Part shown: piece after piece, positions 1 through 9,713 of the stretch
How positions within the stretch are numbered: the stretch's first letter is position 1
Layout of the letters: each line of letters begins with the position of its first letter
Source: Candidatus Doudnabacteria bacterium
Lineage (GTDB): Bacteria; Patescibacteriota; Doudnabacteria; UBA920; O2-02-FULL-48-8
NCBI GenBank assembly: GCA_016182875.1
Contig: JACPFQ010000010.1
Location: 1,268 to 65,267, forward strand
Direction of reading: 5' to 3'
DNA length: 64,000 nt
Program-made: the position numbers and the translations under genes
The notes under the pieces: model-generated
Told to the model about the DNA's origin: nothing
The model's input: only the letters and a program-made list of their open reading frames with translations
The model's database searches: none

Positions 1-11
1 TTTCATGCTTT

Positions 12-1025
12 TTAGGGTTGTCTTAAAATGTCCGCAGCGACTTCAGGGAGCACTGTATTTACATAAACGTCCGAACCGAGCTCAAACCCGCCCCAGACGT
101 TTAAACGGGGCAGAATCTCCAAATGCCAGTGATAACTCCGGTAATCGTAGCGGGTCAGGATTGAATGCGACACCGGCATGGTATGAATATAATAATTATA
201 AGCGGGATTGTCGAACTTGTTATAGAGTTTTTGCAAAGCCAGTTTCAAAACTTCGGCCAGTGATTTTCGCTTCTCGTCAGTCATGTCGATAAAACTGGCC
301 TGATGCGTCTTAGGAATGATGCGCATGGCGTAAGGAACCCTGGACGCAAATGGCGAAAATACCAGGAAATCCTTCTGGTCCAAAATAATGCGGTCCTTAT
401 CAGCCAATTCCTTCAGGATCATTTCGCAGTAAATGCAGGCGCCGTTCTGCATAAAATAAACGAAGCTTCCGGTGACTTCGTCGTGCAAATGTTCAGGCAC
501 GAACGGAGTGGCCGCGACCTGCGAATGCGGGTGAGCCAAACTAGCACCCCCGTCCCGCCCGTGATTTTGAAAAATATGAATGTACTGGACTTCAGGATGG
601 TTAGAAAGTTCAAGCATGCGGTCTTGGTAAACTTTCAAATTTAGATTCATCAAATCATCGTCCAAAAATCCGGTGAGGATATTGTGCGGCCGCGTGATGA
701 TAACCTCGTGATCACCCATCCCTTCGCGGACAATGTAAAAATCTGATTTCTCCCGCCCGCCCCGATGCCCCAGGGCTTCAAATTTGTTGGGGATGACGCG
801 GACTTGCCAGTCCCGGCCTTTTGGATAAGAAGCAATCTCTAGATTATACTCTTCATTTCCCGAGCAAAAAACGCAGGTTTTATCATGCGCGGGGAGTTTG
901 CCCGTGGCCGGCTTTCCGCCAAAGGCGGCACTACCTCCGGCGGAGAAGTCTTCGGGTCTCCCGCCGCGGTTGGGCGCAAACAGCACCCAATGTTTGGAAA
1001 CGATATCCTGGCGGAATTCACTCAT
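12..1025 (-). CDS. galT: galactose-1-phosphate uridylyltransferase family (GalT/HIT-like)
   Basis: CxxC...HPHSQ motif region (FCSGNE; IFQNHGRDGGASLAHPHSQV) matches the GalT signature. Start trimmed to MSEFRQ, which overlaps the ruvX stop. Confidence 0.65.
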   Translation of the reverse strand: MSEFRQDIVSKHWVLFAPNRGGRPEDFSAGGSAAFGGKPATGKLPAHDKTCVFCSGNEEYNLEIASYPKGRDWQVRVIPNKFEALGHRGGREKSDFYIVREGMGDHEVIITRPHNILTGFLDDDLMNLNLKVYQDRMLELSNHPEVQYIHIFQNHGRDGGASLAHPHSQVAATPFVPEHLHDEVTGSFVYFMQNGACIYCEMILKELADKDRIILDQKDFLVFSPFASRVPYAMRIIPKTHQASFIDMTDEKRKSLAEVLKLALQKLYNKFDNPAYNYYIHTMPVSHSILTRYDYRSYHWHLEILPRLNVWGGFELGSDVYVNTVLPEVAADILRQP

Positions 1026-1422
1026 GTCTATCCAAATAATTCTGCAGCAAAGTTTGCGCAGCAATATTATCTTTAATTTCTCGTTGGTTTTTTTGGGAGA
1101 CTCCCTGCTGCGTCAAGATTTTTTGTGCGGCCACTGAGCTTAGCCTTTCATCGAGCAGTTCAACTGGTTGTGAAGTTTCAGCTTTAAGCTTAATAATAAA
1201 TTCTTTTGCCTTTTCCGTGCTCGCGGTAGCCTGGCCCTTCAAGCCGGTGGGCAAGCCAATCAAAACTTTTTCTACCCCAAACTCGCCGGTTATCTTTTTA
1301 ATTTCCTCAACCGCGTTTTTTGTTTCAATAACCTTCTCAAAGGGAAATGCGATTTTTTGTTGTTCATCCGAAATCGCTGCCCCAATCCTCTTGCTGCCCC
1401 AATCTAAGGCAAGAATCCGCAT
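1018..1422 (-). CDS. ruvX: Holliday junction resolvase-like / pre-16S rRNA nuclease YqgF(RuvX)
   Basis: N-terminus MRILALDWGSKRIGAAISD is a typical YqgF motif. Confidence 0.8.
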   Translation of the reverse strand: MRILALDWGSKRIGAAISDEQQKIAFPFEKVIETKNAVEEIKKITGEFGVEKVLIGLPTGLKGQATASTEKAKEFIIKLKAETSQPVELLDERLSSVAAQKILTQQGVSQKNQREIKDNIAAQTLLQNYLDRHE

Positions 1423-1423
1423 T

Positions 1424-2671
1424 TTATTTGCTCTCGCCCAGCGTGACGGTAATTTCCTTCTCTTGATCGCGGGTCAAAATTTTCATTTTCACGGTATCGC
1501 CGGGGTTATAATTTTTTAGCAATCCGGCCAGGCTGCGCTGCTGGGTAATTTTACTGCCGTTCAATTCCAAGATTATATCGTTCTCACGCAGCCCCGCTTT
1601 GTCCGCTGCAGACCCGGGAGTGACGGCTGGCTGGTTTGGACTGCCCCCGCTTACTATCAAAGCCCCATAGTCAACAGGCAGGTTATTTTCCTCTTTGAGC
1701 GCCTGGTTTATAAGCACGTACCTGATACCCAGGAAGGGTTTGATGATTTTTCCAAATTTCTTAAAGCTTTCTATGTCGCTCTTTAGATCGTTGACTGGTA
1801 TGGCAAATCCGACCAGCTGGCCCTGAGCGTCGATGGCGGTATTGAGTCCGATTACCGAACCGCCAATGTCCAGCAAGGGGCCTCCCGAATTGCCCCTATT
1901 TATCGCAGCGTCGGTTTGTATGACCCCTTCCAGCTGCTCCGAACCGATGGTGCTGCCGGAAGCGGTAATGGACCTGCCAATCCCGGAAACCACACCCGTG
2001 GTCACGGTGTTTTGGTACTGGCCCAAAGCGTTGCCAATTGCAATAACCTTCTGGCCGACTTCCAACTGGGACGAATCTCCTAAGGTTAAAGTCGAAAAAT
2101 TATTGCCTTCAATTTTGACGAGGGCGATATCATTGATGGGATCCAGTGACAGGACCTGTGCCTCATGTTTTTTGCCATCATTGGTCAAGACCGTATACGT
2201 AGCGGCGCTGTCCGCCACGACGTGCTTGTTAGTCACAATCAAACCATCTTCAGAAATGATAAAGCCGCTGCCCCCGCCGACTTCCTGGATATTCGGGGCA
2301 GAATTGCCTTGATTGCGGGAATTAAAGAACGGGTCAAAAAAGAACGGGCCAAAATCAAAAGGCGAGGAGCCGTAGCCGGGAAGCTTGTTGAGGTCTTTGG
2401 AAATAATGATGGAGACCACGGCGGGGCTGGCTTTCTTCACGACTTCGACGATTGCCGAGTCTTCGTTCACTTGAATTGTCCGGATGTCGGAAATAGTCGT
2501 ACTGCCGTCTTCCTTTTTATAAAACGGCAGTATATAGCGGTCAGAAACTACGGACCCGGCCATTCCAAATAAAAAACTCAACAATACGACAGTTGAGATT
2601 AGCTTGCTGTCCGGCTTTTGTGAATCTTTAGGTAAATCTGAAGTCAAACTTTTATTTTTTTGCTCGATCAT
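1424..2671 (-). CDS. HtrA/DegP-family serine protease with C-terminal PDZ domain
   Basis: GNSGGPLLD catalytic Ser motif, a His/Asp region and a PDZ-like C-terminus; N-terminal TM segment. Confidence 0.85.
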   Translation of the reverse strand: MIEQKNKSLTSDLPKDSQKPDSKLISTVVLLSFLFGMAGSVVSDRYILPFYKKEDGSTTISDIRTIQVNEDSAIVEVVKKASPAVVSIIISKDLNKLPGYGSSPFDFGPFFFDPFFNSRNQGNSAPNIQEVGGGSGFIISEDGLIVTNKHVVADSAATYTVLTNDGKKHEAQVLSLDPINDIALVKIEGNNFSTLTLGDSSQLEVGQKVIAIGNALGQYQNTVTTGVVSGIGRSITASGSTIGSEQLEGVIQTDAAINRGNSGGPLLDIGGSVIGLNTAIDAQGQLVGFAIPVNDLKSDIESFKKFGKIIKPFLGIRYVLINQALKEENNLPVDYGALIVSGGSPNQPAVTPGSAADKAGLRENDIILELNGSKITQQRSLAGLLKNYNPGDTVKMKILTRDQEKEITVTLGESK

Positions 2672-2698
2672 AGTTCTAAAGTTTCTATATTATACCAT

Positions 2699-2810
2699 AA
2701 GCGAGGCATAGTTGCAAAACTAGCTTGCGCAGCGCGACGGCGCGAGCACGCAGGCCGCAAAATCAGCAGATTTTGACGGCCGGTAGTTTTGCAATCTGTG
2801 CCGAGCGACT
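2699..2810. repeat. 115-nt structured inverted-repeat element, copy A (between map and htrA)
   Basis: Terminal inverted repeats gcatagttgcaaaactagc / ccggtagttttgcaatctgtgcc enclose two internal hairpins; two other copies at 16015 and 17219. Confidence 0.7.
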
Positions 2811-3573
2811 AAATATTGGTAAAAATCTCGCATCCTTTGTCCGTAACAATCACGGTGTGTTCGAAATGAGCGGAATACCCGCCATCAGCGGTCTTTACGG
2901 TCCAACCATCTTTATCAAATATTACTTTCCAACCGCCTTCGTTGACCATTGGCTCGATGGCCAAAACCATACCCAAAACCAGCTGGGGGCCGGTTTTGGG
3001 TTTTCCAAAACAGGGAATTTCAGGATCCTCATGGACACTCTTGCCGACCCCGTGCCCGACCAGCTCTCTAACGACGCTAAAGCCCTGCTGTTTCGCTGTG
3101 GATTCGATAGCGTGCCCGATGTCGCCGATGAAATTGCCGAGAGATACAACTTTTAGCGCGTTATTCAAGCAATTTCTGGCGGTGTTTATGAGGTTCAAAT
3201 ATTTGGCTTCCACCCTTCCTACTGGAACTGTAATCGCGGCATCAGTGAAGTAATTTTCAAAATTCACTCCCAAATCCAACCCAACAATATCGCCTTCTTT
3301 AAAGATTTTATCCTCGCGGGGAATGCCGTGGACCACTTCGTTATTGATAGAAACGCAAAGACTGGCCGGGAAAGCAGTTCCCTGCGGATGCGATTTGTAA
3401 TTTTTGAATGAGGGAACGGCCCCTCTCTTGAGAATTTCTTGCCTGGCAAGCTTATCAAGCTCTGCGGCAGAAATACCCGGCTTAACTTTGCCTGCAACCA
3501 ATTGCAAGACTTCCGCCAGGACCTTTCCCGATGTCCGTAAAAGTTTAATCTCTCCGGGATCGCTTGTAATCAT
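2809..3573 (-). CDS. map: methionine aminopeptidase type I
   Basis: Full-length MAP-like sequence (FKGYKGFP-like region, HGIP, metal ligands D/H/E). Confidence 0.9.
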   Translation of the reverse strand: MITSDPGEIKLLRTSGKVLAEVLQLVAGKVKPGISAAELDKLARQEILKRGAVPSFKNYKSHPQGTAFPASLCVSINNEVVHGIPREDKIFKEGDIVGLDLGVNFENYFTDAAITVPVGRVEAKYLNLINTARNCLNNALKVVSLGNFIGDIGHAIESTAKQQGFSVVRELVGHGVGKSVHEDPEIPCFGKPKTGPQLVLGMVLAIEPMVNEGGWKVIFDKDGWTVKTADGGYSAHFEHTVIVTDKGCEIFTNI

Positions 3574-4108
3574 GCAGTACCTTTTCTATATCAGAATGAA
3601 CTTTATTAATGCTTTGGTTGGCTTTGGCAAATTTAATCTTTTTGAGCTTTTTGTAAAATCTAACCGTGCCGCTGACTTTATTTTTATAATAAGCGATTCG
3701 GCTGTTTATGAGTTTCAGTTCGACATCCTCCAAACGTTCAGCTCTTCTTTTTGAACGTTTAATAATCTCTTTCTTGGGAAGCTTAAGGTAAACGACAAAA
3801 AAATCACGCTGCCGTTTTTTCAATTGTCTTACCAGATACTCCGCTTCGTGTCTCAGCCTGGCGGCTCCGACAAAAATCACATTTCTATGCCAGCCTAAAT
3901 GTTTCAAACTATGATTCAAAAAATGAATTACTAAATTAGAGGGAGCTGGTTGTCCGTGCCGATATTTATACCCCTTTAATTTCCTTAGGTATTCTCCTGT
4001 ACGCGCCAGCCTGACATTATATTTTTTAGCCAGCAGCAAGGCATGCGTGTCTTTGCCCGAAGCCGTGTCTCCTAACAGAATCAAGTCGAATCCTAAACGC
4101 TTTTTCAT
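3545..4108 (-). CDS. adenylate-kinase-like paralog with degenerate P-loop
   Basis: Collinear with the Adk core/LID regions (GDTASGKDT in place of GPPGSGKGT; NVIFVGAARL~LDGFPRT; YYKNK~YHAQT) and adjacent to adk. Confidence 0.4.
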   Translation of the reverse strand: MKKRLGFDLILLGDTASGKDTHALLLAKKYNVRLARTGEYLRKLKGYKYRHGQPAPSNLVIHFLNHSLKHLGWHRNVIFVGAARLRHEAEYLVRQLKKRQRDFFVVYLKLPKKEIIKRSKRRAERLEDVELKLINSRIAYYKNKVSGTVRFYKKLKKIKFAKANQSINKVHSDIEKVLHDYKRSRRD

Positions 4109-4674
4109 AGTCCCAATTTATTTATAATTTCGCTATGCACTTCCTCAATTGGCCGGTCGCCGTTAATCTGAACCAATTCACCCAACTTCTCGTAGTGGTC
4201 CTTAACCGGCGCTGTTTTGTTGATGTACTCTTCAAATCTTTTTTCAATCACAGATGGATCGTCGTCTGCCCGCCCTTCGCCTCTTTTAATCACCCTATCC
4301 AAAAGCTTCTGCTTATCAACTTCCAGAAATAAGGCCCTTACTTTGGGGTTCCCCAATTCTTTGAACAAGCCTCCCAAAATTTTGACTTGTCCCACGGTTC
4401 GAGGGAACCCATCGAGGATAAGCCCTTCGATGGAATTCATGAGTCCAATCTTTTGCCGAAAAATTTCTGTCATCATTTCATCTGGGATGATAATGCCCCG
4501 GTGTATGTAACTTGCAATCTCCTTGCCCAGCGGAGTGTGCTGTTTCGCAATTTCACGGAGCAAAGCGCCGGTGCTGAAATAAGTATAACCCAATTTCTCG
4601 CCAAGCAATTTGCTTTGCGTCCCCTTGCCGCTTCCCGGCGGGCCCATAATAACAATGATATTTTTCACTTGCAT
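4105..4674 (-). CDS. adk: adenylate kinase
   Basis: IVIMGPPGSGKGTQ P-loop, GFPRTVGQ and a short LID. Confidence 0.9.
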   Translation of the reverse strand: MQVKNIIVIMGPPGSGKGTQSKLLGEKLGYTYFSTGALLREIAKQHTPLGKEIASYIHRGIIIPDEMMTEIFRQKIGLMNSIEGLILDGFPRTVGQVKILGGLFKELGNPKVRALFLEVDKQKLLDRVIKRGEGRADDDPSVIEKRFEEYINKTAPVKDHYEKLGELVQINGDRPIEEVHSEIINKLGL

Positions 4675-4744
4675 GATTATATTTTAGCATAAAAAACGGC
4701 TGGGATTCTAAATCGCAAGATTTAAGAACCCCAAGCCGATACGA

Positions 4745-5380
4745 TCAGAGACGCCGGGCTGCCCGTCGGATAGCGTCCGCGTCTGCCTCAAGCAGGAACT
4801 TGACCACTGTTTCGGACAGATGTTTGAGCATATCCGGCCGGACGTAGTGCGGCAATTCTCGGTCCACGACATTGATTCTACCAAAACTAATCCGACTGAC
4901 TACTATCGGCAGCACTTCAGCCTGCCAGTTGCTTTGAGAGCCGCCTAAGTTCACCGCTTCGTAGTAACCTCCTTCCGTGAGCCAAAGAATTCGCAACCAA
5001 GCTTGAGAGTGAGGATCGAAGCCAAAAAAATTTTTTCCGCTCTTGAGCTCCATTTTCATTTTCGTCGACTCATACTGAATCGAGTAGCCCCAAACGGTGG
5101 CTTTTCCTTCCACCCAGGCGAAAACGAGACGGTCACCTACTCGCGGCTTCGGAAGCACTTTTCCAGATTCTGGACGGCGAAACTTGGGTATTTCATCGCC
5201 GATTGGAAACACATTCGGATCGTCATAATCGGGACCGATAAACATCCCTTCTCCAAGTGCATAGTAACTTCGGTTGACGTTCCCAGTGTAAACAGATGAC
5301 GCTCCGGAGTCGACGATTCCCTCCAGCACATCAAACTCTCTCGTAGGATCGCTATAGGTACACATCCTGCCTTTGATCAT
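4745..5380 (-). CDS. hypothetical protein (no recognised domain), GC-richer than neighbours
   Basis: Start trimmed to MIKGRM, preceded by GAGGAGGAAGAA. Sits between secY and adk, where no gene is normally found. Confidence 0.5.
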   Translation of the reverse strand: MIKGRMCTYSDPTREFDVLEGIVDSGASSVYTGNVNRSYYALGEGMFIGPDYDDPNVFPIGDEIPKFRRPESGKVLPKPRVGDRLVFAWVEGKATVWGYSIQYESTKMKMELKSGKNFFGFDPHSQAWLRILWLTEGGYYEAVNLGGSQSNWQAEVLPIVVSRISFGRINVVDRELPHYVRPDMLKHLSETVVKFLLEADADAIRRAARRL

Positions 5381-5550
5381 TTCTTCCTCCTCTGCTCGCA
5401 ACAAAAAAACGCCTACCGTCATGGAGGCGCTTTGCTGCGAATCGGACAACCTAGCTTGTCATGCCGACGGCGCAAAAAGCTCCACAACGGATGTTGGGTC
5501 TTTTTGCTGTTGAGTCCTGGTTTTCTTGATATTATCCAGCATAACCAAAG

Positions 5551-5578
5551 ATTATATGCTTTTTGACAACATTGTCAA
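5551..5578 (-). promoter_or_regulatory. consensus sigma70-type promoter (TTGACA-16-TATAAT on minus strand) with overlapping 7-2-7 palindrome ttgacaatgttgtcaa
   Basis: Plus strand shows attata at 5551-5556 and tgtcaa at 5573-5578; the palindrome overlaps the -35. Confidence 0.5.
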
Positions 5579-5630
5579 GAGAGAGTTCGAAATAAAAATC
5601 GATATTTACTATCACGATAGTATTTGTTTA

Positions 5631-5660
5631 AACAAAAAACACCTACAGTCCGGTGTTTTA
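5631..5660 (-). terminator. rho-independent terminator after secY
   Basis: Stem acacc/ggtgt followed by a T-run on the minus strand. Confidence 0.55.
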
Positions 5661-5671
5661 ATTCGCAGAGA

Positions 5672-6970
5672 TTAAAAGTTCTCGTAGTCGCGCATGACCA
5701 TCTGGGCTTCGACTTGCTTCATGACTTCGATGACGACCGCGACCACGATCAAAATGCTCGTGCCGCCAAGGGTTAGAGCCTGGGTATTCGTGAAGCTCTG
5801 GACAATGTATGGCAGAACCGCGATTAGACCTAGGAAAATCGCGCCAGCCAAGGTAATCCGGTTCAATACCTTATATAGAAACTCCGCAGTTTGGCGGCCG
5901 GGCCTCAAGCCCGGCACGAACCCGCCCTGCTTCTGGATGTTTTCCGCTATCTCATCGGGATTGAATACGATTGCGGTGTAAAAGTAGGTGAAAGCCACGA
6001 CCAAAAGGAAGTACATAATACCGTAGTATGTTTGGTTCTGGAAAAAGTCGTTAATCGCTCTGGAAGCATCGGCAATGGCGGCGGTTTTGGAAGCCGAGAA
6101 AAAGTTGGCGATCAGGCCTGGGAAAAGCAAAATCGAAATGGCAAAAATTATAGGGATGACGCCGGCTTGGTTGACCCGAAGCGGCAGATGAGTGTTGACC
6201 CCGCCATAAAGCTTGTTGCCCCGCACCCGCTTGGCATACGAAACAGGAATGTTTCTTTGAGCTTCGGTTATTGCAACTATAGCCGCAATCACCAAAACCG
6301 CCACCGCCAAAAAAGCGAGTCCAGTCACCAAACCAGCTCCGGACAAGCCGCCCGTAGAAGTGGTTAAATTTACATAAGCCTGCTGGGCCAGGACCGGAAG
6401 CTGGGCGACAATACCGGCAAAGATAATTAAGGAAATACCGTTGCCAACCTTATACTCGCTAATAATTTCACCCAGCCACATAAGAAGCATGGTTCCCGCA
6501 GTCACCGAAAGCAGGGTCACGAACCATTGGAAAACGGTGAAATCTGAAATGACGTTCGAACCGCTGGTGCGAGCCAGCAAGATAATCGTTCCGTACGCCT
6601 GGATGACCGTAAGCGGCACAGTCATCAACCTTGTATATTGGTTGATTTTGGCCCTTCCGGCTTCACCGCCTTCTTTTTGCAGCTCGCCAAGCTTCGGAAT
6701 GATGATAGTCAGAAGCTGCATAATAATGGAAGCAGTAATGTAAGGGCCAACCCCAAGCATGGCTACCGAAAAATTGCTCAAACCGCCGCCTGAAAATATG
6801 TTGAACAAGCCGAACAGTTGATTGGAGCTAAGCAGTGAACGCAAATTACCAAGCTCAATCCCCGGAATCGGAATGTTGGCCAGGATTCTGGTTCCCACCA
6901 AAAGCAGAGCAATAATAATTATCTTATTGCGCAAGTCCTTAGTTTTCCAGATTTGTATTATTTTAGACAT
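5672..6970 (-). CDS. secY: preprotein translocase SecY
   Basis: 10-TM SecY-like sequence, placed after rplO. Confidence 0.9.
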   Translation of the reverse strand: MSKIIQIWKTKDLRNKIIIIALLLVGTRILANIPIPGIELGNLRSLLSSNQLFGLFNIFSGGGLSNFSVAMLGVGPYITASIIMQLLTIIIPKLGELQKEGGEAGRAKINQYTRLMTVPLTVIQAYGTIILLARTSGSNVISDFTVFQWFVTLLSVTAGTMLLMWLGEIISEYKVGNGISLIIFAGIVAQLPVLAQQAYVNLTTSTGGLSGAGLVTGLAFLAVAVLVIAAIVAITEAQRNIPVSYAKRVRGNKLYGGVNTHLPLRVNQAGVIPIIFAISILLFPGLIANFFSASKTAAIADASRAINDFFQNQTYYGIMYFLLVVAFTYFYTAIVFNPDEIAENIQKQGGFVPGLRPGRQTAEFLYKVLNRITLAGAIFLGLIAVLPYIVQSFTNTQALTLGGTSILIVVAVVIEVMKQVEAQMVMRDYENF

Positions 6971-7053
6971 AACGCTTTATTATAATCCACTAGCTGACAC
7001 TAATACTAGACGAATGGACTACGAACTTAGTGTTTCTTAGTTTAATATTAGTG

Positions 7054-7500
7054 CTATTCGTGGTTTACTCGACCGCCGGCTTTCTCAATTTTCTCAAGGG
7101 CGGTTTTGGAAACAGCGATTTTCTCAAAGGTTAAGGCCTTGGTCAGCTTGCCGTCTCCCAGGATTTTGACCCTCGCCGCAGGATATTTAACCAGCCCCTT
7201 ATTGATCAACACTTTGCGATTGACTACTTCCCCGGGCTTAAAATTACTTTCAATCCTGTCCAAGTTCAAAACCTCGACCTTGGGGTTAAGGCTCTTAAAC
7301 CCCCGCTTTTTGGGAAGCTGGCGGTGCAGCGGCATTCTTCCGCCTTCAAATCCCAAACGAATCGAGGACCCGGCGCGGGCCTTCTGCCCTTTAGCGCCGC
7401 GTCCGGAAAATGTGCCGCGTCCGGAGCCAACCCCCCGGCCTACCACCTTGCGGCGATGAGTCGAGCCCTTTTTTGGCTTTAATTCAGAAAGTTTAAGCAT
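7054..7500 (-). CDS. rplO: ribosomal protein L15
   Basis: RGVGSGRGTFSGRG glycine-rich L15 motif. Confidence 0.9.
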   Translation of the reverse strand: MLKLSELKPKKGSTHRRKVVGRGVGSGRGTFSGRGAKGQKARAGSSIRLGFEGGRMPLHRQLPKKRGFKSLNPKVEVLNLDRIESNFKPGEVVNRKVLINKGLVKYPAARVKILGDGKLTKALTFEKIAVSKTALEKIEKAGGRVNHE

Positions 7501-7503
7501 AGT

Positions 7504-8010
7504 TTAGGCCGCTTTCTCCGGGCTTCGGACAGATGCGCTTTCGCTGGCGCGCATTTTGGAAAGCGCCAAATAAGTCGCCATGACGTTGTTAATTTTATTG
7601 GATGAACCAATCATCTTCGATAGAACGTTCTTGACCCCAACCAAATCCAAGACCTGGCGAATCGCGCCGCCGGCAATTATCCCGGTACCCGGCTGGGCCG
7701 GCTTCAAAAAGACTACCGATGATTTATATTTCAGCTTGATTTCGTGGGGAATGGTGTCCTTAATGATATTCACCGAAATCATGCTTTTTTTAGCGGCGGT
7801 GACGGCCTTGTTCACAGCCTCGGAAACATCCGCTCCTTTTCGTAAGCCTATCCCGACCTTGCCCTTTCTGTCGCCAATCACGACCAATGCGCGAAACCGC
7901 ATGCGCTTGCCGCCGGCCACGACCCTGGTCACGCGCTTGACTTCCACGACCTTTTGGTCGAAATCCCGCTTGATTTGCTCAAATTGTCTACTACTTCTCT
8001 GTCTTATCAT
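7504..8010 (-). CDS. rpsE: ribosomal protein S5
   Basis: RVTRVVAGGKRMRFRALVVIGD motif. Directly followed by L15, with no L30 gene between them. Confidence 0.9.
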   Translation of the reverse strand: MIRQRSSRQFEQIKRDFDQKVVEVKRVTRVVAGGKRMRFRALVVIGDRKGKVGIGLRKGADVSEAVNKAVTAAKKSMISVNIIKDTIPHEIKLKYKSSVVFLKPAQPGTGIIAGGAIRQVLDLVGVKNVLSKMIGSSNKINNVMATYLALSKMRASESASVRSPEKAA

Positions 8011-8130
8011 AAGTGTGATGCTAATTTGCTAATGTTATGCTAATCTGGCGAATTGCTAATGGCCTAACGCTAAGAATCAGCTTATTCGCAATTTGTAAAT
8101 TGGCATTAGATTCGTAGATTCGCATCATAT

Positions 8131-8472
8131 CTAGAATGTTAATCCTGCCGAGCGCGCGGCTTCAGCCAGGCTCTTGACCCGGCCATGGTATTTGTATCCG
8201 GCCCGGTCAAATGTCACCTGCTTAATGCCAGCCTCCAACGCTTTGGCGGCAATTAATTTACCAACCTCTGCGGCAATGTCATTTTTCTTGCCTTGCCTCT
8301 TTACATCCTTGCTGGAGGCAGCAACCAAGGTTCGCCCCAGTTCATCGTCGATCAACTGGGCGTAAATCGATTTCAGCGAGCGAAAGACATTCAAGCGGGG
8401 TTTTGCTGCAGTCCCCGAAACCTTGGCTCGAACCCTGTGCTGTCTGAGTTTTCTTTGCTTATGCTTGTTCAT
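8131..8472 (-). CDS. rplR: ribosomal protein L18
   Basis: RLNVFRS...YAQLIDD motif. Confidence 0.9.
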   Translation of the reverse strand: MNKHKQRKLRQHRVRAKVSGTAAKPRLNVFRSLKSIYAQLIDDELGRTLVAASSKDVKRQGKKNDIAAEVGKLIAAKALEAGIKQVTFDRAGYKYHGRVKSLAEAARSAGLTF

Positions 8473-8510
8473 GTTTAGAAATTAGATATTAGAAATTAGA
8501 AATTTTGGAA

Positions 8511-9065
8511 CTACTTCCCTCCACCTACAGCCTTAACAACCTTACCTGCCTTTCTGCGAATAATCTCATCAGCGTACTTGATGCCCTTGCCTTTATACGG
8601 TTCCGGCGGTCTCAATCCGCGGACAACGGCCGCAAACTGCCCAACAGCTTGTTTGTCGGCGCCAGTTAGGGTAATGATATTCTTTTCTACTTTGGCTTCA
8701 AGTCCGGAAGGAACCGCAAGCTCAATCGGATGCGAATAGCCCAAATTTAATACCATTTTTTTTCCCGAAACCGCGGCTTTATATCCGACACCGTTTACTT
8801 CCAGACTTTTGGCAAACCCCGAAGTCACTCCTGTCACCATATTGTTTATAAGCGAGCGGAACAAGCCCCAAAGCGCTTTTTCCTGCTTGGATTGCTTATC
8901 GCTGATATCAACTGACAACTCGGAGTTCTGCATGATTAATTTGATTTTAGGATGCAAAGGTAAATTCAGCTCCCCCTTGGGACCTTTAATCTTCAAGGTG
9001 TCAGGTTTCAAGTCGACGGTAACCCCTGACGGTATTAAAATTGGTTTTTTGCCTATCCTTGACAT
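8511..9065 (-). CDS. rplF: ribosomal protein L6
   Basis: Start MSRIGKKPI; two L6 repeats. Confidence 0.9.
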   Translation of the reverse strand: MSRIGKKPILIPSGVTVDLKPDTLKIKGPKGELNLPLHPKIKLIMQNSELSVDISDKQSKQEKALWGLFRSLINNMVTGVTSGFAKSLEVNGVGYKAAVSGKKMVLNLGYSHPIELAVPSGLEAKVEKNIITLTGADKQAVGQFAAVVRGLRPPEPYKGKGIKYADEIIRRKAGKVVKAVGGGK

Positions 9066-9069
9066 AGTT

Positions 9070-9462
9070 TTACCATACCTGGCAGATAATTTCTCCCCCA
9101 ATTTTTTCTTTGCGTGCCGAAGAATCGGTCATCACTCCCTTGGACGTTGAGACAATGACCGTACCCATGCCGCCTAAGACTCTTGGCAAATCAGAATTTT
9201 TCCGATAGATGCGCTGGCCCGGCTTGCTGACCCGCGAAATTCCCGAAAGCGCCGGCTCGCCCTCTTGATTGTATTTCAATTCAATCAGCAGGGATTTAAA
9301 TTTAGTGTCATCTTTTACCTGAAAATTCTTTATCCAGCCATTATCGGCCAAGACCTTGGACAAACTGTGTTTGAATTTGGAATAAGGAACCACAACCTCG
9401 GCTTTCCGAGCGCTGTAGGCGTTTCTTATTCTGGTTAGCATATCTGATATAGGGTCTGTCAT
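9070..9462 (-). CDS. rpsH: ribosomal protein S8
   Basis: Start MTDPISDMLTRIRNA. Confidence 0.9.
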   Translation of the reverse strand: MTDPISDMLTRIRNAYSARKAEVVVPYSKFKHSLSKVLADNGWIKNFQVKDDTKFKSLLIELKYNQEGEPALSGISRVSKPGQRIYRKNSDLPRVLGGMGTVIVSTSKGVMTDSSARKEKIGGEIICQVW

Positions 9463-9466
9463 ATAT

Positions 9467-9661
9467 TTACCATGAGGACTTAACCACGCCGGGAATCTCA
9501 CCGTTGCTGGCCAGTTCGCGGAAACAAATCCTGCATAAATCGAAATCACGCATATACCCGTGCTTCCGGCCGCAGCGCCAGCATCGCCGAACTACGCGAG
9601 TGGAGTATTTCGGTTTTGTTCGAGAACGCAGTGATTTTATGTATTGTGCTTTAGTGGCCAT
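9467..9661 (-). CDS. rpsN: ribosomal protein S14 (Zn-binding short type)
   Basis: 64 aa with a CxxC...CxxC zinc-binding arrangement. Confidence 0.85.
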   Translation of the reverse strand: MATKAQYIKSLRSRTKPKYSTRVVRRCWRCGRKHGYMRDFDLCRICFRELASNGEIPGVVKSSW

Positions 9662-9713
9662 ATTAGTTGAAAGTTGCAGGTTTAGGTTAACCTTAATCCT
9701 TAATCTTAAATCC

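Noticed and set aside
7106-7459. Antisense or overlapping ORFs inside ribosomal-protein and other genes from the six-frame track (e.g. 7106..7459 +, 11515..11805 +, 12534..12893 +, 16303..16749 +, 21305..21997 +)
   Set aside because: They lie wholly within strongly supported conserved genes on the opposite strand or in another frame; no RBS or homology signal; typical spurious ORFs.
9070-9549. Long N-terminal extensions given by the ORF track for rplF, rpsH, rpsN, rplD, rplC, fusA, leuS, galT and the M50 protease
   Set aside because: Each extension is just in-frame read-through of the upstream gene's 3' end or spacer. Conserved N-terminal motifs and overlapping stop/start codons place the true starts internally, and the coordinates were trimmed accordingly.
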